A model generated the notes under the pieces. The model was not told where the DNA came from. It saw nothing but the letters and a program-made list of their open reading frames with translations, and ran no database searches. From Ruminococcaceae bacterium UBA1772 (GTDB taxonomy: Bacteria > Bacillota > Clostridia > Oscillospirales > Acutalibacteraceae): DNA of 46,056 bases. Each line of letters begins with the position of its first letter. Within the stretch, counting starts at the first letter, position 1. The stretch is from assembly GCA_002314645.1 (NCBI GenBank), contig DCGS01000043.1, positions 1-46,056 of the forward strand. Reading direction: 5' to 3'. Below, piece by piece: positions 9,322 through 19,233 of this stretch. A program made the translations under genes and the position numbers.

Positions 9322-10341
9322 ATGAAACAGCAACTTGAAAACATTCGCATTGCTGCCGAAGAAGCACTTAAAAGTGCATCTTCACTCCAGGATCTTGACA
9401 ACGTTCGTGTACAGTATCTTGGAAAGAAGGGTGAACTCACTGCAGTACTCAAGCAGATGGGTGGACTCTCAGCAGAAGAACGTCCAGTAATTGGACAAAT
9501 TGCAAACGAAGTTCGTGAGCAAATTACAGCAGAAATTGAAGCTAGAAAGGCTGAAATTCAGGCTGAAGAACAAGAAAAACAACTTCAGAATGAAACAATT
9601 GACGTTACCCTTCCAGGTAAGACAGAGGCTTTAGGTCACAAGCACCCTCTTTCAATTGTTCTTGACGAAGTAAAAGAAATATTCCTCGGTATGGGCTTTG
9701 ACGTAGCTGAGGGACCAGAAGTTGAGTGGGATCACTACAACTTTGAGGCTCTCAACATTCCAAAGGACCACCCTGCAAGAGACACACAGGACACATTCTA
9801 CATTACAGAGAATATGCTTCTCCGTACACAGACATCTCCTGTACAAATTCGTGTTATGGAAAAGAAGGAGCCACCTATTAGAATCATTGCTCCAGGACGC
9901 GTTTACCGTTCAGACGCAGTAGATGCTACACACTCTCCTCTCTTCCACCAAATTGAAGGTCTTGTAGTAGACGAGGGCATTACAATGGGTGACCTTAAGG
10001 GAACTCTTGAAACATGGGCTAGAAAGCTCTACGGAGAGGACACAAACATTCGTCTTCGCCCTCACCACTTCCCATTCACAGAGCCATCATGTGAAATTGA
10101 CATTTCATGCTTTAAATGTGGCGGTGTTGGATGCCCAATGTGTAAAAATGAAGGCTGGATAGAAATCCTTGGTGGCGGCATGGTTCATCCAAAGGTTCTT
10201 GAAAACGGTGGCGTTGACCCTGAGAAGTACAGTGGTTTTGCCTTCGGAATTGGCCTTGAAAGAATTGTTATGTTTAGATTTGGACTCGATGACATGCGTA
10301 TGCTCTATGAAAACGACATGCGTTTCCTCGAGCAGTTTTAA
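9322..10341 (+). CDS. pheS: Phenylalanine--tRNA ligase alpha subunit
   Basis: Class II aaRS motifs ([34 protein letters not shown]). ATG 9322 is preferred over the TTG at 9304. Confidence 0.95.
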   Translation: MKQQLENIRIAAEEALKSASSLQDLDNVRVQYLGKKGELTAVLKQMGGLSAEERPVIGQIANEVREQITAEIEARKAEIQAEEQEKQLQNETIDVTLPGKTEALGHKHPLSIVLDEVKEIFLGMGFDVAEGPEVEWDHYNFEALNIPKDHPARDTQDTFYITENMLLRTQTSPVQIRVMEKKEPPIRIIAPGRVYRSDAVDATHSPLFHQIEGLVVDEGITMGDLKGTLETWARKLYGEDTNIRLRPHHFPFTEPSCEIDISCFKCGGVGCPMCKNEGWIEILGGGMVHPKVLENGGVDPEKYSGFAFGIGLERIVMFRFGLDDMRMLYENDMRFLEQF

Positions 10342-10356
10342 TGGAGGTGGAATGTA

Positions 10357-12747
10357 ATGTATTTATCTAAAAGATGGCTCGCTGAGTTCGTTGATCTTGA
10401 CAAGATAAACGTTTCAGACAAGCAGTATGCAGAAGATCTTACCATCTCTGGTTCAAAGGTAGAATCATTCAAAAAGGAAGGTTCAGAGCTTTCTAACATT
10501 GTTGTTGGTAAAGTTGAATCTCTTGAGCGTCACCCTGACTCTGACCACCTCTGGGTTTGCCAAATTGATGTTGGCGCAGAGGAAAAACTTCAGATAGTTA
10601 CAGGTGCTCAGAACCTTACAGCTGGTGACATTGTTCCAGTTGCACTCAACAAGTCAGTAGTTGCTGGCGGACATAAAATTACAACTGGCAAGCTCCGTGG
10701 AGTTAAGTCAGAAGGTATGATGTGTTCACTTGGCGAACTTGGCCTTACAGCACACGACTTCCCATATGCAATTGAAGACGGCATCTTCGTTCTTGGCGAT
10801 GATTGCGACAAAACTCTTGGTATGGACATCAGAGACGCAATTGGCCTTAACGACATTGTTACTGAATTTGAAATTACATCAAACAGACCTGACTGTCTTT
10901 CAGTTATTGGTCTTGCAAGAGAAACTGCTGCAACATACAAGGTTCCTCTTAAGCTTCACACACCAGAAGTAAAGCCTGGTATTGAAGATATTAAGGACTA
11001 CTTGAAGGTTGACATTGAGGCTCCAGACAAGTGCTACAGATATGTAGGCGGCGTTGTTAAAAACGTTCGTGTTAAAGAGTCTCCAAGATGGATGCGTGAG
11101 CGTCTTCGTGCTTCAGGCGTTCGTCCTATTAACAACATTGTAGATATTACAAACTACATCATGCTTGAATATGGTCAGCCAATGCACGCATTCGACCTTC
11201 GTTTCCTTGAAGGAAACCACGTTATAGTTCGTAATGCAAAGAAGGGCGAAACTATTACAACTCTCGACGGCGAAGAGAGAGAGCTTTCTGAAGAAATGCT
11301 CGTAATTGCCGACGAGAAAAAGCCTGTCGCTGTTGCTGGCGTAATGGGCGGCGAATACTCAGGTATTATGGACGACACAAACACAATCGTGTTTGAGTCA
11401 GCTTGCTTCAACGGCCCATCAGTTAGACGCACAGCTAAGGCTCTTGGTATGAGAACAGAGGCATCTGGACGTTTTGAGAAACAACTCAATCCAGATGACT
11501 GCGACGCTTGCCTTCTCCGTGCACTTGAACTTGTACAAATGCTTGACGCAGGTGACGTTGTCAACGGCACAGTAGACTGTGACAAGTCAGACAAGACACC
11601 TGTTACTCTCCCATTTGACCCAGAATGGACAAACAAGTTCATTGGCATTAACGTTTCAGCTGACGAGCAAAAGGCAATTCTTGAAAGAATTGGATTCAAG
11701 GTTGAAAATGGAACAATTTATGCTCCATCATTCAGAATAGATATTGAACATCAAGCAGACATTTCAGAGGAAATTGCAAGATTCTTCGGATACAACAACA
11801 TTGAGAACCATGAAATCCACGGTGTTGCAAAAGCAGGTCCTACAGACAGACAGAAATTTAATCGCCTTGTAGAGAACACAATGCTCTCATGCGGTCTTTC
11901 TGAAATTCAAACATTCTCATTCATAAGCCCTAAGGCATATGACAAGATTGATCTTCCAAAGGACTCAAAAATGCGCAACTGCGTTGTTATTTCAAATCCA
12001 CTTGGTGAAGATACAAGTGTAATGAGAACAACTGCAATCCCTTCAATGCTTGAAGTTCTTCGTACAAACTTCAACAACAGAAATGAAAAGGCATTCCTCT
12101 ATGAACTTGCTACAACTTATACTTCAAACGGCCTTGAAGAGCTTCCAGACGAAAACCAGGAGCTTGTTCTTGGTATGTACGGTAAGGATGTTGACTACTT
12201 CGCACTCAAGGGTGTTGTAGAAGAACTCCTTAAAGTATGCGGCATTGAAGACTATGACGTAGAACCAAAGAAGAACTGCCCAACATTCCACCCTGGTAGA
12301 ACTGCTAAAATTACAAAGGACGACAAGAGCCTTGTTCTTCTTGGTGAAGTTCATCCAAAGGTACTTGGAAACTATGAAATTGAAACAAAGGCATACGTTG
12401 CAACAATAAACATGGAGAATCTCTTTGAAATTGCAAACCTTACAAGAGTTTACAAGGCTCTTCCTAAGTACCCTGCAACAACAAGAGACCTTGCATTCGT
12501 ATGTGATGCCGACCTCCCTGTTCTTCTCCTTGAGAAGGCAATTAAGGGCGCATGTGGTAAAATCCTTGAGAGCATCCAGCTCTTCGACGTTTACCAGGGC
12601 GCTCAGGTTGGTGAAAATAAGAAGAGCGTTGCATTCAACCTCAAGTTCCGTTCTGCTGAAAGAACACTTACAGATGAGGAGTGCAATGGTGCTGTTAAAA
12701 AGGCAATCAAAGCCGTTTCAGACCTTGGAGCTATTCTCCGTTCATAA
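10357..12747 (+). CDS. pheT: Phenylalanine--tRNA ligase beta subunit
   Basis: 796-aa ORF with tRNA-binding, B3/4, B5 and FDX-ACB domains in the usual order. RBS GGAGGTGG. Confidence 0.95.
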   Translation: MYLSKRWLAEFVDLDKINVSDKQYAEDLTISGSKVESFKKEGSELSNIVVGKVESLERHPDSDHLWVCQIDVGAEEKLQIVTGAQNLTAGDIVPVALNKSVVAGGHKITTGKLRGVKSEGMMCSLGELGLTAHDFPYAIEDGIFVLGDDCDKTLGMDIRDAIGLNDIVTEFEITSNRPDCLSVIGLARETAATYKVPLKLHTPEVKPGIEDIKDYLKVDIEAPDKCYRYVGGVVKNVRVKESPRWMRERLRASGVRPINNIVDITNYIMLEYGQPMHAFDLRFLEGNHVIVRNAKKGETITTLDGEERELSEEMLVIADEKKPVAVAGVMGGEYSGIMDDTNTIVFESACFNGPSVRRTAKALGMRTEASGRFEKQLNPDDCDACLLRALELVQMLDAGDVVNGTVDCDKSDKTPVTLPFDPEWTNKFIGINVSADEQKAILERIGFKVENGTIYAPSFRIDIEHQADISEEIARFFGYNNIENHEIHGVAKAGPTDRQKFNRLVENTMLSCGLSEIQTFSFISPKAYDKIDLPKDSKMRNCVVISNPLGEDTSVMRTTAIPSMLEVLRTNFNNRNEKAFLYELATTYTSNGLEELPDENQELVLGMYGKDVDYFALKGVVEELLKVCGIEDYDVEPKKNCPTFHPGRTAKITKDDKSLVLLGEVHPKVLGNYEIETKAYVATINMENLFEIANLTRVYKALPKYPATTRDLAFVCDADLPVLLLEKAIKGACGKILESIQLFDVYQGAQVGENKKSVAFNLKFRSAERTLTDEECNGAVKKAIKAVSDLGAILRS

Positions 12748-12754
12748 CTTTTAG

Positions 12755-12783
12755 TTGTTTTTAAAAGTTAAATAGTATATAAT
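12755..12783 (+). promoter_or_regulatory. Candidate promoter for ireB
   Basis: TTGTTT, 17-nt spacer, TATAAT. Confidence 0.5.
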
Positions 12784-12815
12784 ACTTGTATTATTATTTG
12801 TTGGAGGTGGATTTT

Positions 12816-13061
12816 GTGACTGACAAAACCATACAGTTTTCAATCAAAGAAGACAGTGACGCAGAAATGAAGCAGATTTTAAACGAGGTTTATACAGCTT
12901 TACAAGAAAAGGGTTACAATCCAATCAGCCAGATAGTAGGATATATTCTTTCAGAAGACCCAACTTATATTACCACCCACAACAACGCTCGTAGCCTTAT
13001 TCGTAAAATAGACAGGGACGAACTCCTCCAGAGTCTCGTTCGTGACTTCCTTAACAGATAA
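12816..13061 (+). CDS. ireB: IreB-family regulatory phosphoprotein (UPF0297/YrzL)
   Basis: VYTALQEKGYNPISQIVGYILSEDPTYITTHNNARSLIRKIDRDELL is the family hallmark. GTG 12816 lies 5 nt after GGAGGTGG. The track start at 12786 has no RBS. Confidence 0.85.
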   Translation: MTDKTIQFSIKEDSDAEMKQILNEVYTALQEKGYNPISQIVGYILSEDPTYITTHNNARSLIRKIDRDELLQSLVRDFLNR

Positions 13062-13096
13062 AATATATACGTGCGTACGGAATGGAGTGACTAATA

Positions 13097-13396
13097 GTGG
13101 CTGCAAAAAAAGAGAAGAAGTTTCTCACTTATAAGGGCAAGCCTCTTGTAAGACAAGGAAATGTTCTCTACTACGGCAACATGTATGACCCTTACGTAAT
13201 TATGCTCACAATTCAAAGCACTAAAAACGTAGGCGACATGGAAATTGCCGACAAGGTTTCAGTTCAGCTTCTTTCAACGGATCCAGACGTAAGTCCAAGA
13301 AACCGTATCATTAAGAAGAGTGAAAAGCCAGGTCTCTATCCTGCAATGGATATTGGTTCAATTTGGCTTGAACGTGCTTTAAAAGCTGAAAACTAA
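13097..13396 (+). CDS. Small hypothetical protein (99 aa), family not recognised
   Basis: GTG start 6 nt after GGAGTGA, codon usage like its neighbours, followed by a strong terminator. Confidence 0.6.
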   Translation: MAAKKEKKFLTYKGKPLVRQGNVLYYGNMYDPYVIMLTIQSTKNVGDMEIADKVSVQLLSTDPDVSPRNRIIKKSEKPGLYPAMDIGSIWLERALKAEN

Positions 13397-13405
13397 ACAA
13401 AAAAA

Positions 13406-13440
13406 GAAAGCTTCCTGAATTTCAGGAAGCTTTTTTATTT
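13406..13440. terminator. Bidirectional rho-independent terminator
   Basis: Palindrome AAAGCTTCCTGAA-T-TTCAGGAAGCTTT flanked by an A-run and a T-run, between convergent genes. Confidence 0.85.
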
Positions 13441-13443
13441 TGC

Positions 13444-14703
13444 TTATCCGTTCATACGAAGTGCTTCAATTGGAGGCATTTTAGCAGCCTTTCTTGCTGG
13501 GTAAATGCCAAAGAAAATACCAACCGCACTTGAGAATCCAACCGCAATTAAAATGGTTGAAAGTGTAAGTGTTACTGGAGCGCCCATGAAGCTTGAAACT
13601 CCAGCGGAAACGCCAAAGCCAAGTGCCATACCTATAAGTCCACCAATAAGACAAATAATTACAGACTCAGTTAAGAACTGAAGAAGAATGACATTTGTTC
13701 TTGCACCGAGTGCCTTTCTAATGCCTATTTCTCTTGTTCTTTCAGTAACAGATACAAGCATAATATTCATAACACCAATACCACCTACAACAAGTGAAAT
13801 GGCACCCACTGCTGAAATGAATATTGTAAAGATGTTAATTACTGTGTCAAGAAGGTCTACAAGTGTTGCCATGTTTCTTGCAGTATAAACTGAATTATCA
13901 GTAACATTGTGTCTAGCGTTGAGCATGCCTACAGCTATTGCACCCGCTCTATCAAGGTCTTTAACGTCATATGTTGTAACTGATAAGGCTTGATAGGTTG
14001 TAGTGCCGTAAATGCCCATAAGGACGCTTGCAGGCATATACAAAAAGCCAAATCTGTTAATATCCATTTTCATTCCGTAGTTTTCCATCATGTCTGTCAT
14101 ATCATCCATGCTGAAAAGACTGGAATCTTCTGTTTTTACAACACCAATTACCTTTAAAGTAATAAGTTGATCATTTACGGAAATATCTACTGTTTCTCCT
14201 ACAGGATTGCTCTTTCTAAAGAATTTTTGAGCAGTCTTATCTGATACAACGCACACACGTGCCTCAGAGGAATACTCTTCTGCAGAGAAAAATCTTCCGT
14301 GGACCATTTCAAGGTCCATCATGTTTGCATAGTCTGCATTAGATGCAGTAATTGAAGCAATACCATCATGAAGGAATGAGGTTTCAGCAAGTGACATATC
14401 TGAAAGAAGTGGCGTTACGCCCTCTACTATGTCAATACTTCGGATGGTTTCAATGTCCGACTCATTTAGTCCTACAATATTGTATCTACTGTCCGCATCC
14501 TGCCTTTGAACAGAAATGTTAAGACTCTGTCCACCCGCAGCATTAATCTTTTCTATTAAGAAGGCCTTACCACTGTTACCAATTGTTACAATGGAAATAA
14601 CGGAAGCAACGCCTATTATAATACCAAGCATAGTAAGGAACGAACGCATTTTATTGCTTCTAATACTGGACAATGCAATTCTAATGTTTTCTTTAAGATT
14701 CAT
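13444..14703 (-). CDS. MacB/FtsX-type ABC transporter permease (no nucleotide-binding domain)
   Basis: 419 aa. N-terminal TM segment, a roughly 230-aa extracytoplasmic domain, then the C-terminal FtsX 3-TM bundle (TERTREIGIRKALGA). Confidence 0.85.
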   Translation of the reverse strand: MNLKENIRIALSSIRSNKMRSFLTMLGIIIGVASVISIVTIGNSGKAFLIEKINAAGGQSLNISVQRQDADSRYNIVGLNESDIETIRSIDIVEGVTPLLSDMSLAETSFLHDGIASITASNADYANMMDLEMVHGRFFSAEEYSSEARVCVVSDKTAQKFFRKSNPVGETVDISVNDQLITLKVIGVVKTEDSSLFSMDDMTDMMENYGMKMDINRFGFLYMPASVLMGIYGTTTYQALSVTTYDVKDLDRAGAIAVGMLNARHNVTDNSVYTARNMATLVDLLDTVINIFTIFISAVGAISLVVGGIGVMNIMLVSVTERTREIGIRKALGARTNVILLQFLTESVIICLIGGLIGMALGFGVSAGVSSFMGAPVTLTLSTILIAVGFSSAVGIFFGIYPARKAAKMPPIEALRMNG

Positions 14704-14712
14704 TGTAGCACC

Positions 14713-16284
14713 TTACTTTTCTTCCACCTTGACTGCATCGCCATCTTTAAGCTTTGAAGAATTAACAATAATTACGTCATTCTCCGAAACACCGCTTGTT
14801 ACTTCATAGAATTCATCTGAAGAAATACCAACTTCAACCTCTGTTTTAACAGCTTTACCATTTACTTCATCATAAAGGAATACATACTTCTTGCCTTCGT
14901 CTATAACGAGCGATTCAACTGGTATTGTTAAAACATTCTCTTTTTCTGAAGTCAAAATTGAAAGCTTAGAATCAAATCCAACAATTAAAATGTCGTCTGG
15001 ATTCTTTATCTTTGCAGTACACTTAAGTGCACTTGAATTTCCACCACTTGAATTTGACATTCCGCCCATCATGCCTGTCATAACTGCAGACAAGTCGTTT
15101 CCTGCGCCTGCGTATGGGCTCTTATAATTTACTTCAGCTTCATATTCATAATCTGTATATGAAAGAATTGCTGGCATACCAACTCTTATTACTTGTGCAT
15201 CGTACTTACCAAGGCTGAATGTTACTTCATAGCCATCATACTTATCAAGAATGAGTCCAAGGCCCTTCTTAGCTGAATTTCCACCATTTGACATCATACC
15301 TGAAAGTGCTTCACTAACGTCAAAAGAGGAACCACCTGAAAGCATGCTCTGAAGAGAACTTGTTTCTGCTCCATCTGCTACGTATTCATACTTTTTTCCA
15401 GCCTTAATGTTTACTGTACCAATTTTACCTTTAGCTGTAGCAACCCAACCCTCATCAAGAGCCTTCTTCTCTGCTACGGCTTCATCATATGATTCTTTTG
15501 CAGCATCAAGATTATTCTTGTATGCCTTAATTACAGCGTCATACTGTCCTGAGTTTACCATTGAACGCTCTGTTTCAAGCATTTGAATTTGAGCATCAAT
15601 TGACTGTGTACTGTTTTGTAAAGCAGCAAGAGCACCTTGTGCAGCCTGTAAGTCAGATGAAGCCTGACCGTTTTTAAAGTATGCTCTAATTGCCTTCTCC
15701 TGGTCTGGAGTTAATTCCTGACCACTTGCCTTAATAGCTGAAACAATAGAATCCACTTGGCTGTCAGAGAGTGTATTAGAGTTTGAACTGCTTGAGTTCT
15801 CCTTTGGCTTCTCTGAATTGCTCTTTTCAATTTCCTTCTTCTGCTTCTTAAGGTCAGCAATTCTTTTATCTATATCTGCTGCTCTTTTTACAGTGTCATT
15901 CTTATCTGCAATTGCATTATTGTAATTCTTTTGAGCAGTGTTTACTGCATCCTTCTTTTCAGAAATAATGGAGTCGAGTGAAGAAGTGTCAAATGTTGCA
16001 AGAACGTCACCCTTTTTAACCATGTCTCCAGGGTTAACCTTAACCTCTTTAACCTTTACACCCTCAAACAGATAGTATTTTTCCTGAGAGCTTGAAGATA
16101 TTGTTCCTGTAGTTTCATAGTACTGTTTAACGTCGCCCTTAACAACATTTGTTACTGTAACATTTACAGGCTTTACAGAGTACTTGTTATAAAGCAATAC
16201 TGCAACAACTGCAAGCACTAATAAAACCGGAATACAGATCTTCCAAAATTTTTTGCTTTTAATAAGAGTTTTAAAATTTTGCAT
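14713..16284 (-). CDS. HlyD/MacA-type periplasmic adaptor (membrane fusion) protein
   Basis: N-terminal TM segment, lipoyl-like hairpin (VKKGDVLATFD), long coiled-coil and a C-terminal beta-barrel. ATG 16284 is preferred because AAAGGA lies 9 nt upstream. Confidence 0.8.
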   Translation of the reverse strand: MQNFKTLIKSKKFWKICIPVLLVLAVVAVLLYNKYSVKPVNVTVTNVVKGDVKQYYETTGTISSSSQEKYYLFEGVKVKEVKVNPGDMVKKGDVLATFDTSSLDSIISEKKDAVNTAQKNYNNAIADKNDTVKRAADIDKRIADLKKQKKEIEKSNSEKPKENSSSSNSNTLSDSQVDSIVSAIKASGQELTPDQEKAIRAYFKNGQASSDLQAAQGALAALQNSTQSIDAQIQMLETERSMVNSGQYDAVIKAYKNNLDAAKESYDEAVAEKKALDEGWVATAKGKIGTVNIKAGKKYEYVADGAETSSLQSMLSGGSSFDVSEALSGMMSNGGNSAKKGLGLILDKYDGYEVTFSLGKYDAQVIRVGMPAILSYTDYEYEAEVNYKSPYAGAGNDLSAVMTGMMGGMSNSSGGNSSALKCTAKIKNPDDILIVGFDSKLSILTSEKENVLTIPVESLVIDEGKKYVFLYDEVNGKAVKTEVEVGISSDEFYEVTSGVSENDVIIVNSSKLKDGDAVKVEEK

Positions 16285-16377
16285 GTAAAACATTCCTTTG
16301 CCAAAGATATTTCTATTCTATCATAAATTCAACCATTTTTGTGTATGTTTATATATAAAATAAAAAAGGTGATGTTT

Positions 16378-16881
16378 ATGAAAACTAGAAAATATCTATT
16401 ATTAATTACATTGATAGTAATTACCTTTATGTTCACGTCATGTACCTACATTGGAAGAAACAATATTGAACTGTTTTCTAAAAAATTCAACGACTACAGC
16501 ACTGACGAATTAACACTGGATGAAAACAATCTGGTTATTAATAAAGAACAAAAAAGCTATTATTACTTTTTCCCAGCAAGTGGAGAAAATGAATATTTAC
16601 TCAGTCTTTTTGAAGACAGCAATAAAGAAATATATGAATTTGGAATTTGCATTATGAGCAATTCCCCAAAAGACGTAAAGACAATAGAAGAAATATTCAA
16701 TTCAGCCTTCCAAGCTCTTATTTCCACAAAAAAAGAAACGCCCTCACCATTTAGCGAAATACCGCTAAATGACAAAGGCGAAATTAAAAACCCAACAAAT
16801 AAAACCATTGAACATGATTTATACAATATAAACATTTTAGTAAATGATGCTGGAACTGGAATATATGTCGTGAAAAAATAA
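16378..16881 (+). CDS. Putative lipoprotein, unknown function
   Basis: MKTRKYLLLITLIVITFMFTSC signal peptide with a lipobox. ATG 16378 follows AAGGTGA. Confidence 0.65.
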   Translation: MKTRKYLLLITLIVITFMFTSCTYIGRNNIELFSKKFNDYSTDELTLDENNLVINKEQKSYYYFFPASGENEYLLSLFEDSNKEIYEFGICIMSNSPKDVKTIEEIFNSAFQALISTKKETPSPFSEIPLNDKGEIKNPTNKTIEHDLYNINILVNDAGTGIYVVKK

Positions 16882-16883
16882 TA

Positions 16884-17510
16884 CTACGCCTTTACATACT
16901 CTGTTCCTATTATATCAGCGAAACCTTTACCCAAACTTAAATTTGTCAAATCTTCGGTAAATTTTTCATAATTTGGAACAGGTATTAAAAACGAAAGTTT
17001 AACGTCATCTTCAAAAACTTGATCCTTTATTTTTCCACCATGATCTGAAATTAATGAAGGTATTTTTCCGTAAAGAGTGTAGTCACAAGACATACTACAT
17101 AAATTACAAAGTTCCATAGTTATAACGCCACCTGCATTTACCGCAAGTGATGCAGCGTGGGAATAGGCTCTAACAAGCCCTCCACCGCCAAGGAGAATTC
17201 CTCCAAAGTATCTAGTTACAACGACGCAGCAGTCGCATACACCAGCCTTCTGAAGGACATCTAAAACGGGCACGCCAGCGGTTCCCTGTGGCTCACCGTC
17301 GTCTGAATAGCGTTTAATTTGGCCATCCCTTAAAATATATGCATATACATTGTGCTTAGCATCCCAATGCTTTGCCTTTATTTCATTGACGAAACTTACT
17401 GCTTCCTCGTTTGTCTTAACAGGCTTAATGTAGCCTATAAACTCAGAACGCTTTTCAACAAACGAGTCAGATGTTTCGTTTTCAATAGTCAAGTATGACA
17501 TTTCGGCCAA
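16884..17510 (-). CDS. yigZ: YigZ/IMPACT family protein (UPF0029)
   Basis: KRSEFIGYI...HNVYAY...DDGEPQGTAG.P...VVVTRYFGGILLGGGGLVRAY. The start is TTG 17510 (5 nt after GGGGGTG) or ATG 17501. The track start at 17558 runs through the rpmE terminator. Confidence 0.8.
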   Translation of the reverse strand: MAEMSYLTIENETSDSFVEKRSEFIGYIKPVKTNEEAVSFVNEIKAKHWDAKHNVYAYILRDGQIKRYSDDGEPQGTAGVPVLDVLQKAGVCDCCVVVTRYFGGILLGGGGLVRAYSHAASLAVNAGGVITMELCNLCSMSCDYTLYGKIPSLISDHGGKIKDQVFEDDVKLSFLIPVPNYEKFTEDLTNLSLGKGFADIIGTEYVKA

Positions 17511-17533
17511 ATTAACACCCCCTAAATTAAAAT

Positions 17534-17556
17534 GGCGGTACAAAAAATGTACCGCC
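17534..17556 (-). terminator. Rho-independent terminator after rpmE
   Basis: Minus strand reads GGCGGTACA-TTTTT-TGTACCGCC, followed by ATTTTAATTT. Confidence 0.7.
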
Positions 17557-17567
17557 AAACATTAGAC

Positions 17568-17777
17568 TTATTTCTGCTGAGCTTTTTCAAAACGCTTATT
17601 AAATCTATCAACACGTCCACCGGTGTCAACAAGCTTCTGCTTACCGGTAAAGAATGGATGACAGTTTGAGCAAATATCAACACGAAGTCCTTCTTTTGTT
17701 GATGCTGTTTCAATTGTAGCACCACATGCACACTTTACTGTTGTTGGTGCATAGTTTGGGTGGATTCCCTCTTTCAT
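17568..17777 (-). CDS. rpmE: 50S ribosomal protein L31 (Zn-ribbon, Cys-containing form)
   Basis: MKEGIHPNY...[24 protein letters not shown] 17777 follows GAGGTGA. Confidence 0.95.
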   Translation of the reverse strand: MKEGIHPNYAPTTVKCACGATIETASTKEGLRVDICSNCHPFFTGKQKLVDTGGRVDRFNKRFEKAQQK

Positions 17778-17890
17778 TCTTTTCACCTCGCATCTGAAAC
17801 TGGACATAGCGTCCGCATAAGTTACTAAAGCATTTTATCATACACTTATGGAAAATGCAATAACAAATTTTTGTATTTTTTTACATTATA

Positions 17891-17919
17891 AAGTCCCGTG
17901 AAATTCATTCACGGGACTT
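17891..17919 (-). terminator. Hairpin downstream of ftsZ (probable terminator, weak U-tract)
   Basis: 12-bp stem AAGTCCCGTGAA/TTCACGGGACTT with a 5-nt loop. Confidence 0.55.
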
Positions 17920-17938
17920 GTGTTTATTTAGTTAAAAA

Positions 17939-19111
17939 TTAGCCTCTGCTTGAGAAGATATCATCAATAGCGTCGAAGTAGCTATCATCATCCATACCGA
18001 AACCAATTCCACTTGACTGAGAGTCAGATTCTGGCTGGTCAAAGCCCATGAAGTCTGAAGAATCAGCTGAGTTAGAAATGATGTCAATCATGTCTGGACC
18101 GTTGTCTTCTTCTGCTGTTTCAAAGCGTCTTGGATCTACACGCTTAACAGCGCCTTCTGTTCCAAAGCCTGTAGCAATAACAGTAATAACCATTTCATCC
18201 TGAAGAGTATCATCAAATGCAACACCCCAAATAACGTTTGCATCTGGATGAGCTGCGTTAGAAATGATTTCTGCTGCCTGCTCAACTTCATCAAGTCCAA
18301 TATCAGGTGAAGATGTAAAGTTGATGATTACACCGTGAGCACCGTCAATTGTTGTCTCAAGAAGTGGGCTTGAAATTGCAGCGTTAGCAGCCATTTCTGC
18401 CTTATCCTTACCCTGAGCACGGCCAACGCCCATGTGAGCATGACCAGCGTCTCTCATGATTGCTGAAACGTCAGCAAAGTCAAGGTTGATGAAACCAGCT
18501 GTCTTAATGAGTTCAGAAATACTCTTTACGCCCTGACGAAGAACATCGTCTGCAGCGTCAAATGCATTAGCAAGAGTAATCTTCTCATTTGAGAAGAACT
18601 TAAGACGTTCATTTGGAATTACAACAAGGCTGTCTACGTTTGCAGCAAGCTCTTTAATACCCTGCTCAGCCTGTTCCATTCTATGATTACCTTCAAAGCT
18701 GAAAGGCTTTGTTACAATACCAACTGTAAGGATACCCATTTCCTTAGCAATGCCAGCAATGATTGGAGCAGCACCTGTACCAGTTCCGCCTCCCATACCA
18801 GCTGTAATGAATACCATGTCAGTACCCTTAAGAGCATCAACAATAATGTCCTTGCTCTCTTCTGCAGCTCTCTGGCCAATTTCTGGACGAGCACCAGCGC
18901 CCTGTCCCTTTGTTACTTTCTCACCGATTTGAATCTTGTGAGTTGCCTGTGAATGTAAGAGAACGTGCTTATCTGTATTAACAGAGATAAACTCTACTCC
19001 CTTAATTTCAGAACGGATCATACGGTTAACAGCGTTTCCGCCGCCGCCACCGACACCGATTACTTTAATCTGAACAACGCTTTCAAAATCTGCGGCCATT
19101 TCAAAACCCAT
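17939..19111 (-). CDS. ftsZ: Cell division protein FtsZ
   Basis: [17 protein letters not shown] and [12 protein letters not shown] tubulin signatures. ATG 19111 follows AGGAGGGTG. Confidence 0.95.
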   Translation of the reverse strand: MGFEMAADFESVVQIKVIGVGGGGGNAVNRMIRSEIKGVEFISVNTDKHVLLHSQATHKIQIGEKVTKGQGAGARPEIGQRAAEESKDIIVDALKGTDMVFITAGMGGGTGTGAAPIIAGIAKEMGILTVGIVTKPFSFEGNHRMEQAEQGIKELAANVDSLVVIPNERLKFFSNEKITLANAFDAADDVLRQGVKSISELIKTAGFINLDFADVSAIMRDAGHAHMGVGRAQGKDKAEMAANAAISSPLLETTIDGAHGVIINFTSSPDIGLDEVEQAAEIISNAAHPDANVIWGVAFDDTLQDEMVITVIATGFGTEGAVKRVDPRRFETAEEDNGPDMIDIISNSADSSDFMGFDQPESDSQSSGIGFGMDDDSYFDAIDDIFSSRG

Positions 19112-19233
19112 TTGGCACCCTCCTAAATTATATACATCCATTAAGATATTATTTCATATTAAAAGATAAATAAATACACTTTATAGTATCACGTTAAAAT
19201 ACAAAATTCAACCTTTTTATTATATATAAGTAA

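Noticed and set aside
9113-9367. 84-aa minus-strand ORF upstream of pheS
   Set aside because: It lies on top of the T-box leader (conserved T-box and terminator on the plus strand) and overlaps the pheS start. It is an artefact.
11175-11699. 174-aa antisense ORF within pheT. Similar shadow ORFs occur at 34651..35019, 38033..38524, 19823..20278 and 42661..42993.
   Set aside because: All are embedded antisense in genes with clear family motifs. They lack RBSs and have biased, low-complexity translations.
17522-17731. 69-aa minus-strand ORF overlapping rpmE in another frame
   Set aside because: rpmE (L31) is unambiguous in the other frame. The overlapping ORF spans the rpmE terminator and has no RBS.
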